From Octopus sinensis (lineage: Eukaryota), in the NCBI RefSeq assembly GCF_006345805.1, contig NC_043011.1, forward strand, positions 58,478,464-58,542,463: a stretch of 64,000 bases of DNA, in the 5' to 3' direction. Position numbers and translations under genes: made by a program. The notes under the pieces were generated by a model, which did no database searches, was not told the origin of the DNA, and saw nothing but the letters and a program-made list of their open reading frames with translations. Shown piece after piece: positions 42,291 through 55,786 of this stretch (its first letter is position 1; each line of letters starts with the position of its first letter).

Positions 42291-44149
42291 AAATGAGCTC
42301 GAGAAGACGGAGAAAATTGACACCCAAACAGACCGAAGATCTATTGACTGATTTCCGTTCTTCTGTGTCAGCAACGCTGGGTATTACAATTTCGGTAGTA
42401 AAATACGTCAATTTGTCAAAAGTAAAATAGAATTGTGTTAGTTTCGCTCTTTACCCTCCTCTGAAACGTCGGAATTCACATTTGCTAATGTCGAGTCATT
42501 TAGAATAACTGTCCTCAGGCATTTACTTTTGTGTCATGAGATATCGTGTTTGTTGTCAACAGCGTTCCTTCCACCAATTATTCTCTACTTGTCTTTTTCT
42601 ATAATAGGTTCTTTATTGAGTTATTACATCTTTGGCTAACATTTATTTGTTTTGTTCATCTTTTTTTGTTAAATCTTTTGCGGTTCTTCCATGTTTGTCT
42701 TGTTATTGCTGAACAGATGGCAGACTTATCTGCTAATAGGATTACAATGTGAATCCGAAAGATCATTTAAGAATATAGCGATGTACACTAAAACTAATCA
42801 GAAGTTTTTTCAAGAAAATTAAAATTGTTCACGGAAACAAAAAGAAAAAAGAAAAACAAGAAATGTAATTAGATATCGAAAACTAAGAGTATGTTTTTTC
42901 TTTCTTGCAGACACGTCTAACGATTTTTATTTCCATCGCAAATATTTTAGTGCTCTTTCATGTAATGTCGTTTGCTTTGCCTCTAGCTTATATAAATATG
43001 TTTTTAATGCCTTGTCTCCAGAATGTTATGGTTTCATGTAAATAATACCTCTTGCATAGGCAGAAATGTCGCATTTCGTTTTTTATTTTATAAATATATG
43101 TGTCTGCGGCTCTCGACAAGACAGCAGAGCATCTTTACATTTCGTCGTTTCGAGGCGGCGACAGGAAAACGAGCAGAACGGTTGCGGAAATAACTTACAT
43201 TCCGTTTTGCTTGAAGTTCGTTACCTGCCAGAATAATGCAAAATAATTGAAGAACCTCATACTTAACAATAGAAATTCTGAGATTCTCTGTATGTTAAGA
43301 TCTCTCATTTGGTTGGTTGTGTTGTATCACTATTTATAGAGATTTAAGTTCCGTAGCCAGATTCTAGAGAATGCAGTTTGTTCAAACTACATCCTCTTTA
43401 GCTAAAATTAAATATTTGTACTGACACGAAATCAATACTCAGAGTTATTGCTTTCCATTTTTTTCTGGACAATTATAGGAACCGTTCTACTTGAGTCATT
43501 CCATCCCTTTCTATTATTTCTCTTTTATTTTTCTCGTTCGTTTCCGCTATTTCTTTTCTCGTTGTTTCGGTATTTCGTAATTTTAGCATTCATGCGCTTG
43601 TCACACAGAATCATCCTGGACAACCGTGTAAAGTATAGAAATATCAGTGGAGTTTACAGCTTCTTTATATTTTAAATTCACCTCGAACGTCTTCGTTGAT
43701 CAAACACCTGAATGATCCTCAGACAAACCAACAGGTTATCCAATAACCCATATTTACTAAGCTTATTTTTCTTCCTTCATCCTACGCATATTTACAGCTT
43801 GATTGAGACCCTACTTATTTCTAGCTTCACTTTCAAATTCTCGTAAGTTCCATTAATATGGACCTGTAACACTTCTCTCCCTAATAGTACCATAGCAACA
43901 CCATTTTCCCTCTTTTAACCTCTAAGATACCAAAATCTACGTATCCCATCACTTCACTGACTATCTTCCTTTGCTCACCCCTTAGACATATACATCACTC
44001 TGGGTATCATTCATGCATCATTAATTACTAATAAATTAATTACTAATAAATTCGCTTAACTCTAGCACTGTCAGCAACAGTACTTTTCCCTATTTTTCCC
44101 CGCAGCGACAAAGAAACGAAGTCGTACCGTGAGATCCCACGCTCATTAC

Positions 44150-44234
44150 ATCAAATTAACAGACCAATCGCTTCTATGGAGAAAAAAAGTATCAAATTAA
44201 CAGACCAATCGCTTCTATGGAGAAAAAAAGTATC
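44150..44234. repeat. Perfect 41-bp tandem duplication (plus a 15-bp duplication at 44020-44052)
   Basis: ATCAAATTAACAGACCAATCGCTTCTATGGAGAAAAAAAGT at 44150 and 44191. Confidence 0.95.
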
Positions 44235-44781
44235 TGTGCTCGTATCAGACCAAGGCAATATCCTTGCTCATAAGTAGTAAACATTTATTACGCATACAGT
44301 ATCAATCGCTATTTATCTCTGTTTGCTTAAGTTTCGCTAGAGTACATGTTTCCTACACGTTGGCTTGGTCAAGCAATGCCTTATTATGTCCAGCTTATTA
44401 TGAATAGCGCATACTGCAAGAAATACTATATGAAAAAAAATCAGCTAAAGGCAATAATACGATGAGACATTGTATTTCCAAAGATTGCTTAAGTTTATTC
44501 CCATTTGCAAATATAGACCTTGTACAATATTAAAGCAACAAAGAGAACATGTATTTTAGTATGACATGAAGGAGTATCGTGGAAGTGACCGTAAATAAAA
44601 GAAATAACTGAAGATGATACATATACGATATAACAACACAAAACAATGAAAATAACGACGATAACAACAACAGCAATAGTAATAATGTGAACAGGAGGGA
44701 TTGTAAGAAAGAACACCAATATCTAAGGAAACTGATTGTGACCAGGTAATCAGGTATTCAACAACAACAACAACAATAAGA

Positions 44782-44991
44782 AGAATCCTTTCTACGAAAG
44801 GCACAGGGACTGAAATTGTTTTGTGGAGAGGGTACTAGTTGATTACATCGACCCTGGTTTCTCACTGGTACCTAAATTAACCCCGAAAGGATGAAAGGCA
44901 AAATCGAACTCGGAACACAGAACGCAAAGACGGGCGAAATACTGTTGAGCATTTAGCTCGGCGCGCTAACGATTCTGCCAGCTCACCGCCT
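44782..44991 (-). mobile_element. SINE family A with alternative tail A2
   Basis: AAGGCGGTGAGCTGGCAGAATCGTTAG head and core; tail ...CCCTGTGCCTTTCGTAGAAAGGATT. Confidence 0.8.
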
Positions 44992-44999
44992 TGATGATG

Positions 45000-45036
<37 letters not shown>

Positions 45037-45100
45037 CCCTGATGATTATGAATATGATTTTGTTTTAAACTCCGGTCTTGTATCTATCTATATCTTTCTC

Positions 45101-45129
<29 letters not shown>

Positions 45130-45136
<7 letters not shown>

Positions 45137-46284
45137 TAAATGAAATAAAACATATGCATATATATAAACATATATGTACGTACCTACCTCTACATGTACA
45201 TATACACGCATATATGAGTACAGGACACCAAAGGGACGTCGAACACAAAGAGAAACAAAAACATAGACACAAACCAAAGGAACAGGACATTTTTTAAAAA
45301 CAACAAAAAATGGAGTACAGGACAATTAACGCAACGAAAAAACCCCTTCTTCAGTCGCTAAGGTTTCATCTACTCTACGTTTCGAAGGATAAAAGCGAGA
45401 CGTATCTTCGACAAGAAACTTTCCTTCCTGCGAAAAGCAAATGAATTAAAATTCTGAGATCTTTTCGCAGAGGGGTAAAAAATGATAAAAAAATGGTTTT
45501 AAAAAATGGTAAAAAAACAGGACAGTAACGACAGTACAAAAATATAAACAGTAAAAAAAACAGTAAAAAAATATATAAACAGTAAAAAAATATATATATA
45601 ACAGTAAAAGACAGGACAGGGAAAACAAGATAAGAAGGGCTGTTGACGCCGAACGAAAAAAAGTATTGCAAACGCAGAATTTTTTGTGAACGACGAGAGA
45701 GCAGGACAAGTCGTCAAGTTACCTTGAAAGGCAGGCTAGAAAGACAGTTAGCAGTCGGGGCGGAAGTATCGTCGCGGGTGGACGACGGGAAGGGGGGAGG
45801 AGGAGCAAGAGGAAGGGAGAGAAGAAGGGGAATGGAGCGAGGAGACCAAGAAGAATGCTGAGGGGGAGAGAGAGAATGAAGAATGAGAGAGAGAGAGAGG
45901 AAGAGACAAGTTAAGTGGGGGAAAGGAAATCAAAGAATAGGGAAGAAAGGTGAAGAGTGCGCGTGAGAGTTAATATCAAGGCGAAACTTGATATACAGAA
46001 CAATCTTACTTAAGAGGGTGCGTGCGTTTTGTCATATAAAATATTAATAAATGAAATAAAACATATGCATATATATAAACATATATGTACGTACCTACCT
46101 CTACATGTACATATACACGCATATATGTGTACAGGACACCAAAGGACGTCGAACAGAATGAGAAACGAAAACATAGACACAAACCAAAGGAACAGGACAT
46201 TTTTTAAAAACAACAAAAAATGGAGTACAGGACAATTAACGCAACGAAAAAACCCCTTCTTCAGTCGCTAAGGTTTCATCTACT
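45130..46284 (-). mobile_element. Non-coding element bounded by ~245-bp direct repeats (911-bp period), PLE pseudo-LTR-like
   Basis: 45130-45374 and 46041-46284 are near-identical; CGAAACGTA and CTGAAGAAG motifs on the minus strand near 45340-45420. Confidence 0.75.
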
Positions 46285-47162
46285 ATGCATATATATACAC
46301 CACCCTCTCTCTCTCATTGTCACACACGCACATATATACATACATATATACACCCATATATACATACATGCTAAAAAACACAATAATGTACATATCACCA
46401 ACTTATAGGCTATTTTCAGCATTTCTGATCCTCTAATTGACGCTTAACTATACTTGTATTTCCTCTTCACGAGAGGAAACCATTACATGTATTTTATAAG
46501 CAGCATGTCCCTCAATTGCCTCTTATAATTTGCACGTCTCATTTGTGCTTCCGCGATGGTTTTGTTGTATACGTTGTTACGAATATGTGATACTGTCCTT
46601 CAATAGAAATAAATTGTTAAGATTGCTTTTGCGTTCCTAGTATATAAATGAAAATACCTACGAGACAGTACTGTATAAGGCATTAATGACACCACGAGAG
46701 ATACACTGTCAAGATATACAGTAAGTACTTTGTAAAAGTAGCATTTTAAAAACTATTTTCTAACGTCTAATTTGTGGGGTCAACAATTTATATGGATTCT
46801 CCTTTTAAGGGGCTGAAATTCAAGCTAGAATTCGAAATACTGCTCCAGAAGCACAAGACCAACTGACTTGTACGCGAATGAAAATAGAAACACAATGAAT
46901 TATAGTAATATTACCAATTCTACGTTCCAAAACACACGTCCTAGTAAAGTATGAAGTGAGCGATTAATTGAATGTTTGTAGGCTTACCAAAGTCATGCTC
47001 TTGTACAAATTCAGAAAGTGGTGTTTGCCAGTTTTCACGGTCTGTGAAACACGTTTCTCGCCCTGTAAAGGACCAGCATATGACGAATGTGTTTAATGTG
47101 CTTGAAGAAGTACCTTGACCCACAAATGCTGTCCTGTTGTTCGTGAAATACTAGGGGTCGAT

Positions 47163-47706
47163 ACATATCATCATCTGGAAAAGTCTTTCTAACTAGAAAG
47201 GGTATGGCCTGGTCAGCCTGTAATGACATGCATAAGATCTGGTCATCAAATCTAAGTAGAGACTTCAAACTTGAAATCTTCAAAGCCACAGTCGAACCAA
47301 TTCTACTATATGGCTCAGAAACCTGGACGTTATCAAAGAAGCTTGAGGGGCGGTTGGATGGAACCTACACTCGCCTCCTTATGAGAGCTCAAAATCTCTT
47401 GTGGAAGCGCCATCCAACCAAAATGCAAATATATGGGAAACTACCACATGTGTCATCTCTTGTGAAAAGTAGGAGAGTCCTGTTTGCTGGACATTGTTGT
47501 AGGGCTGAAAAAGAGGTAATTTCTACTCTTCTCCTCTGGAAGTCATCTACTCGCAATGCCAGAGGGCGCACACTCTCCTACCCTGATGTAATCTCCAGGG
47601 ATACAGGCATCCAGCAACAGGACCTCCGTAATGCCATGATGGACCGTGAAGTCTGGCGTAGCATGGTAAATTCCATTGTCTCGACCACGGTCGAACAATG
47701 ATGATG
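47163..47706 (+). mobile_element. 5'-truncated RTE-clade LINE with 10-bp TSD
   Basis: ORF 47204-47701 (ILLYGSETW, FAGHCCR, DREVWR), (TGA)n tail; AGGGGTCGAT at 47153-47162 and 47707-47716. Confidence 0.92.
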
Positions 47707-48779
47707 AGGGGTCGATGTTTATACAGGCTCTATGGCCAAAAGTAGAGGGTCGAGTTTTACATGAGATCGACTGTTACTCGAGTATAATCAGTATGTTAAT
47801 TCAGACCATCAAATGAATTGTGCCAATCAGTTGGTCTGTTGATTTAAGCCGGCAATGTTTCTTAGTTCCAATTAATCGTTGAATTTGCACATCAGATTCA
47901 AACTTCAGATTTCACAGATGTAAGATATAAAGAAATTTAGAAGGGTTAAAACGTTTGGCAGATTACTCAAACAAATTAATGAATATGAAGAACTTCGACA
48001 TTGCCTTCACACACACACAGAGTAGAGATTCATAAATGTGTGAATGTATATATATATATATATATGTACACACAATTAAATACACGTTCCTGTGTAGGTA
48101 TGAAAAATGTGTTTTAATAAAAAAAAAGTCATTTGACGTCATGCTGTATATAATTAATGTCTGCTGCCTGCTTCGGTATCCCCTTGATATTGTTATCAAT
48201 TATTTTTGCATTCATTTTAATATAATTTATGTTTCTAGATCCTTGTTTACCTAATGTCTCAAATCTGATCATAATTTCTAAAGTAAATTATATTTTTTAT
48301 AGTCATTTCGCAAAAGGAATCGCATTAATTTTAATAGTCATTTTAAAAACTCAATCACATAATGTTGGAAATAATTTCATTTTTTCTTCAAATTTGTTTA
48401 TGTATTTTATTCTAGCTTTTGCTTCTTGTATTTTCCTCTTCTTTTGTTTTTTACGGATTTTTAATTCGTATTTTATAAAATAATAAATACACAACTACTA
48501 TTTGAACGAACGAACGACGAAAAGCTCTTCATTTCTTCATATTTATATTTGGGGATTCCCATGAAATAACATACAGTTCCCATCACCGAAGTCAGATATT
48601 TGTCTGTTCACATTCTGATAAGAGGCACTTTTGCCCGAAAGATCTCCAGATTATACCACCACAAGATCAAGGCCCAATAGCGTTGTTGTGGTTTGTTTGC
48701 CTCAATCACACTGACAGCAATTACAGCGGAGCACACACATCGATGACGATCAGAGCATAAAATGCCAGGAACCCTCTCT

Positions 48780-49035
48780 TCAGAGGGGGATAAAACTCGG
48801 TTGGCGTGGGGCAAACACCTGAGTAGAGAAAATGAAGTTTACAGAAGCATCAATGACAATTCAGAAACAATAAGGTCTGGGAGAGGAAGGCCTACCCCAC
48901 GAGAAACACGATGTGCAGTACAATCGAAGAGAACGTTGCAAAAATAAAGCCTAACCAGAGAGAAGCAGAAAGAAACACCCCAGAATAGAGAGCAATAGAG
49001 AAGGGTCTTCATTGGCCTATGTTTCATACTGAGCG
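48780..49035 (+). pseudogene. Old RTE-clade LINE 3' fossil
   Basis: KTRLAWGKHLSRE, GRGRP..RET, QNREQ*RRVFIGLCF resemble the RTE C-terminus. Confidence 0.6.
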
Positions 49036-49200
49036 AATGGATGAAGAATATTTGATTTTAGATAACGAAGGCAGTTGGCAGACTTGCTTTTCATATTTAA
49101 ATACAAAGTTGAGTTCTATATTTAAGAGGTGAGGAATTACGTACATTATTTACGTTATATATACATTTGACGGATATTTGTCATCATCTTGTTTGTTGTT

Positions 49201-49246
49201 AACACAACGTTTCGGCTGATATATCCTCCAGCCTTCATCAGGTCTC
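49201..49246 (-). ncRNA. Minimal type I hammerhead ribozyme, canonical core
   Basis: GAGAC-CUGAUGA-A-GGCUG[GAGGAUAUAU]CAGCC-GAAAC-GUU-GUGUU; palindromic stem III AACGUU; one stem I mismatch. Confidence 0.75.
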
Positions 49247-49301
49247 TTGGGCTAATTTCGAACCTGGGTTCCCATTTCTAAGGTAGTTTTCGATGTTGTT
49301 G

Positions 49302-49349
<48 letters not shown>

Positions 49350-49352
<3 letters not shown>

Positions 49353-49436
49353 GTTTGACTTTTGCTTTATATTTGTACAAGTTGGCTCCAAGTCTCACCC
49401 GGAGACCTCAAGAGACTACAGGTTGGAAGTTCACGT
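49350..49436 (-). mobile_element. Probable 3' tail of another (AAT)n-targeting retroelement
   Basis: Unique ~87-bp segment sitting inside an (ATT)n array; no coding evidence. Confidence 0.4.
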
Positions 49437-51225
49437 AATTATTATTATTATTATTATTATTATATATTATGCCCACGGACATATGGCGTAGTGGTTAAGA
49501 GCGCGGGCTACTAACCCCAATATTTGGAGGTAGTGACCTGAACAATAATAATAATAGTTAATAGCTTTACTTTCCCTTTTTCATTCTCCCTCTTAATTAT
49601 GGTGCTGTGCATAGAGAGTTTTGCATATTTACTGTGTACATTATTAATTTACCCATCCCGAAATGACACTTTCATAGTATCGACCAAAAACAAAAGAAAA
49701 GTAATTAATGAAAGTAATTACATCTACGATTTTCAATAAAAAAATTATAAAAAAATACTGGAGATGTGAGAAAAGAAGACTATGTTCAGTGCAAATTCAC
49801 ACGGCGTTTACCTGTTTCTAAAGAGTTTATTTGAAATTGGACAAAAAATCGCTGGAGAAAAAAAAATTGGACAAAAACAGGTCGAAACAAAAGGTGTGGG
49901 CGAAGTAATGATGGACAAAGTGACATCGGGGGAAAAGTTGGGTCATGGAATTTGATTGGTGAATTACACGAGAAAGATAATCTTAAATGTGTGTGTGCAT
50001 GTGTGTGTTTGTGGGTATTTGTTTGTGTGTGCATGTATGTGTGTGTGTGTGATTAACTACGTACGTTTGTATGGGAAATCATTTTGATTCCAAGTTCAAT
50101 ATAATTAATTACTGTTGCCTATATCGCTATCCCCAGGATAATTTTATCAATTATATACTCATTTATATTAGTAAGATCATTTAAATTTCTAAAAGCTTAA
50201 TTATCCAAGTTTTCAAAGATTGCACACTAATTCTGATTTATGTAGTTTTACGACCCATATTATACGTATTAAAAGTATCGCACCTACTATAAGGGTAAAG
50301 AAATAAGAGACCACTTTGTTGATTAAATGTGTCCTCCATTCCATTTTCCCAAACTAAATAACTTGTCCTTTTTGTGACATACAACTCTCTTTCATAATAC
50401 TGCACACCACGTTCTCAAATTTCAAAAATGCAAATTCTAAAGATAATTTCTATTAAGACATTTGCAACTGCACTGAGCGTGTAACGTGAACTAGTCAATC
50501 TTTACGTACCTGGTGTCACGCAGCATATGTGTTAAATAGACCATAAGAATTATTCTGAGAGAATTTTAAAGAACTACTTCATCACATCCTCTCCTTGGAA
50601 AATGCCTTTTACAAAGAAGGCTAAAAACTTGCAGAAAGATAAACAAGAGCGAATTAATATGGCGTTGTACATGGGAAATGGGAGGTAGTAACAATGTAGC
50701 AGCATCCACGCAGCATCACACATATATATATAAGTGTGTTGTGTGTGTGTGTGTACGTGTGTGTGTGTGTGTGTGTGCGCGTGTGTGTATGGTATGTGAT
50801 GAGAATTTATGGACAGGTAACCCATTGAAACTCAACAAACTGTAAAAGATGGAGAAGAGATATTAACATTAAAAAGAAATTTTTTTATACATTCGTACGA
50901 TCGTTTCGGACACCAACATTAACATGTAAATAACATGATAGAATAATTAAAAATTAAATTAAATTAAATTAATTACCTATTACTGTTCTCCTCAATGCAA
51001 ACGGGAATACATCCGAAATTGTTATTGATAGAGATGACTTGATGGAGGAAGTAACAAATAACATATTCGGATATAAATATTTTATTCTTATGAAAGATTA
51101 AAGGCAAACATAAAATGGTTGTTGAGTCTAGTTGTTAAAAAAAGACTAAAACTGATGCGGCTAACGGTCATTTGAAAATATAAGTGAAAGTTGTTTAAGA
51201 AACATTCCCTTCATGTTGGATCGTT

Positions 51226-51416
51226 AGCCCCTACACGCAATTTTTTTCTCTCCTCGTTTCTCTCTTTGTTTCTTTTCTGTGTATCTTTCTGTCGAAGAGC
51301 GTAGGCTCGAAACGTAAAAGACTTGTTTTATTTCTATTCCTGAGCGCCATACTAATACATTGTTTGTTTGTATTCCACCTGCCTTCGTCTTTTGTTTATT
51401 TTCGTAAACCTTCCCG

Positions 51417-51418
<2 letters not shown>
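51226..51418 (+). mobile_element. Short PLE-terminal-like repeat with variant minimal hammerhead (family H2)
   Basis: UCUUU-CUGUCGA-A-GAGC GUAG GCUC-GAAAC-GUA-AAAGA at 51284-51321. Confidence 0.78.
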
Positions 51419-51496
<78 letters not shown>

Positions 51497-53097
51497 CATA
51501 TATATACACGTATGTGTATGCATAAATTCGTAATGGATAAACTTATAAACAACACCAAATATTGGGCTAAAATGTCCGTGATGGGAAGAACTCCAATTAT
51601 GCTCTTGTTCAAAACGATTTATGTCATGTTCCTTGAAGTTTCTAAATTCTTCGGACGCAAACAATTCTAGTTAGAAAAAAAAAACACTACTAAACTAAAT
51701 GGGAAACGTCAGAAGGATAACTTTTGTTCAACAGTAGAATGTCTATCATAGTTACTGAAAATATAAGTTCGACTACCACCGGCAGCCTTCAACATTTTCC
51801 TTCCAAGTCTGTTTTTCTTAGTTTGATATTCTACATCCTATAATTTATAGCTGTATCTACTTCGAGCTCCACTGTCTAAAACGTGTATTATATTATATTA
51901 TATACAAACCTATGTGTGTGTGTGTCTGTATATATGTTTTTCAACATGTTTAAATAGCAAATTTGATTTTTAAGATGAATGTATATAACGTCGGTATCTG
52001 CTGTTTCGTTATCCTCATGATAACATTATCAATTATTTATTAAATCGGTTTAATAAGATCATTTAAAATTCTAAATCCTTATTTACCCAGTATTTTTCGT
52101 CTCGTCTTAAATGAAATTTTAAATTATGTTTTTGAAACTATTTCGGAAATATCCATCACAAATTTGAAGCGATTTCATATAGAATTTTATTTTTGCCGCT
52201 AAAAGTGTTCCAAATTTTCCCCTCAATATTTCCTAATTTACTTGGTTGTTTATTTGAGAATTCTTTTCTTCTGTTACCATTTATTGAATAATGAATGTAT
52301 TCGTGATAGAATATTTCTCTTTATTTTTTTACAGATAATTTTCCCAGAATGCTGCTTAATTCAGTGAAATGGATGTTTTCACATGACTGACAGAAGAAAA
52401 CCTGCTTGCAGTGTTTCTTTGCCTTCTTGGAGGGCATAGCGGAAATGGAATTATTTGGGCATAAATGGCAAAAAAAAATAAAACGGAATAATTTTCTATT
52501 TGCACCATCTGCCAGGTTTACAATTATTTTCCCTTCCTTCTAATTCTCTTCCTTCCCATTTTCTTCCATCTCCGACGTGTTTTACTCTTCGTCTTTGTGC
52601 CACGTCTCCTTACACCATTACTCTTCTCTTGTAGTTCTCTTTCTTAACTGACTCATGTTAACTCTTAACTCTTTCACCTATGCTTTCCATCTACCTACTT
52701 CTCCATTTTATTTCTCAATCTTTCTCTTCTTATCACTTTCTTCTTTCGTTCCTGTCTATTTGTTTCGCTCTCCTTTACTTTTCCAGATCTCCGTTTATAG
52801 CATATTCTCACTATACCTTTCCATGTTTCTTTCTATTTTCTATTCTCATTTTGTATTCAGATTAATCTCTCACCCTCTCTCTCTTCACACACGCTCTCTT
52901 TCTATCTCACACAAACACACACACACACACTCACTCTTTCTCTCTCTCTCTATCTTATAAATACAAATATCCTACAATACAAATGTCCTCCCATTTATAC
53001 ACGCATCAAAATATATTTATAGACACATTCATTTATACAGAAACAGATGTGTGTGTGTCAGTGTGTTTATGTATCTACGTGTATATACATACATACT

Positions 53098-53177
<80 letters not shown>

Positions 53178-55786
53178 TGTGTGTGGATACAGTATATATG
53201 TGTATACGGATGTGTATATATGTATATTTCCATACTCACACATGCACGCACTCAAACACATGTGTATATGTATATATGTGTAGTGTGACCGTGAGGGCCA
53301 TCTCCACTACAAGATCTCTGGAATGTTTTCTTGAAGTGTAAACGTAGAGGAAAGTTTCTTGCCAAGGCAGAGTTGCTGAGGTGCCGCGCTTCACACGAGT
53401 AACGCGTCATTTTTGCAGTCACTCAGTTAAATAGAGTACAAAATAAAGGATGCATTTGAGGCATGTCACTTGATCAGGCTCAGGATAAACAGTAGAATGC
53501 AGCTCGTGGCCGGTGGCTTCAAAGGAGTGCTAACTTCTTTTTACAGTTCCTGATCTAAGATGAAAGTAATACAGAGTTTAAACACCGATCATTCACTCAT
53601 TGAACGCATTCAAGGGAACCAGGCGTCTAAAATGAGAAGGCATACCTACATATCTCAAAGCCGTATTAATCCTTAACTAACAATGTATTTTAGGACGTTT
53701 CATATACGAATACGCGTTTGAACACAATACAGTCGAAGATAGAAAATATCGTTGATTGGTGTATATACCTATTTCAAGAGCTATTGCTCTCTCATCAGAA
53801 CCACACACAACCATCAAAAATATTCACGTATATAGGCATTGCGTTCATGGATGGTTGAATAGTTGCTAGTTTACTGGATGTGGTGCTGATGAAAGTACAA
53901 TAAAACTTGAAATAGCGATATACACATATTAACAATTTTTTCTATCTTTAATCGCGTTCCTTTTATAGACGTATTTATATACAAAGCGTCACACATGACT
54001 GTAATGCCTCTGAGAACTAACGAAAACCGATAAAAAAAATAGAATATCGCACTGCTTACACAAAAGATAGACACAATATTGATTCGTAAACATTTAATAT
54101 ACTTGGTAGTATATTATAGTTGCAAAGCGAAGTACTGTGCCCTTGCTAGCAATTAATTCTTTAATTTAATAATTTACTTTCTCAGTGGCTATAGCTGTGA
54201 GATGACAGGTTTTGTCTTACCTTGTAACCATCGACACAAACAACAATTATTTGAGAGTTAAAAGAAAAAGTGAAATATATTTTAAATTTCTGTTGCAGTT
54301 ATTTAGAAATATGTAAAAGGATAGCGAAAGAGAAAATAAAAAAATCACTTTGAAAATTAACTTTTAAAACGTAACTGCTGTTTAATATAATTTAATTTTC
54401 CTGTATAGATTTATAAGGAACTGCTTGCTAAAACATTTCTTAAGCGTAAATGTTATGTATGTGTGATTGTGCAAGGATGAAGATATGGGTTTCTGATGGT
54501 ATGAAGCTGTATGCGTAATAAAAATAAGTGTTGTTTTTAGCTTTATACGCATGCCGGAAATATTAAAATAATGTGATGTGTAAATGATTTGCAAATTCGT
54601 CATGATGAGATATATTAATGATAGTTTTTGCTATGTTTTGATGTATTTGGTGATAACATTCAGAATTTACACAAAAGGAATAATAAAAACACCTCCAGTA
54701 AAAGAGTAATACAGTTACCATATATTTTTATAAAATTTAAAACAATTTAATTCCAGGTAATTTTCAACATTTTGTTTTTTTGGTATTTCGCTTCTTGTAA
54801 CTTTTCACTATGTAATGCTAATAACCTGCTTTATGCTAAGTCAAATGCAAAGCAGATTTTATGAAAAAGCCGCTTTCAATAAATCACAAATTTATGCTAG
54901 TGAAAAGAATATATTTCTTAGAATATGGTTTTCTTAAAAGGATGAATTTTGCTCTGACAAAAGATATTCTTTTAGACTGAAATGAAGCAGTGATTTATTT
55001 TAGAACTTGTAATTTAATAAATCCATAAATCAGATTATTTATTCCTAACATTTTTGATAAGGTAACATTGTCCACTTTTGTCTAAGCACTGGCTAATATA
55101 ATTAATTTCACTACAGATTTGGCCAAGAATTCATTGAAATATTAAGTCTTCTAGAATTATTATAGATTGTGCCAGTGATTAAATTCGGTGCTTCTGTGTT
55201 AATTGTGCAATAAAAGGACATATTTAATCTAGACTGAGAGTTTGTCTGAGATTGAAACAAAGATAAAAAGATATGTCAATGCTCCAAGCATGTGACGTTG
55301 TGATTAATTTTAACCTTCATCTCTAAAGATTTCAATCAGACGTTACTTGCTTATTTCTGCATTTGCTATTGATGTTGTCGCGATAGTTTCATAGTCTGGT
55401 GATTTAATACCAAGTAGAGTTATGCCATGGAAATAGCCAATTGGACGAATACAAAATGAACGCATACACATTATGTTAGGTATGTCACAACGGTTATGTA
55501 TTTTATGGATAATAAAAGTTCAAGTTTGTTTTAGATGGAAGTTTGAGCATAGAATTCAAAGCCATTAATCCATTCCTTGTACAACCATTCACCTCTCCCG
55601 TCATCAAATATAATTAGTTGGAAGAAATTTCACTTCTTTAACTTAAATGTATGAACATGGTTTCGGATAATTATCAAAATCTTTAAAACACACAAAATAA
55701 CTACCCATACGCAATATTCCGCATACGCACGTACACGGAGCAGTTACATACACACGTACATACAAGTAAGCATGCACACATGCACT

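Larger units (their letters stand above)
49112..49560. mobile_element. Family H1 element: minus-strand hammerhead tail, (ATT)n with nested insert, divergent plus-strand tRNA-like head
   Basis: Tail 49112-49295 homologous to 25883-26030; head 49469-49541 with TGGCGTAGTGG at 49484-49494 and B-box deleted. Confidence 0.75.

Noticed and set aside
45335-45395. Possible type II hammerhead (GAAAC-GUA followed by CUGAAGA on the minus strand)
   Set aside because: The intervening sequence does not form stem I next to the core.
50890-50912. CCGAAACGATCGTA (minus), a hammerhead 3' half with palindromic stem III
   Set aside because: No CUGANGA or stem II partner upstream; at most a decayed fragment.
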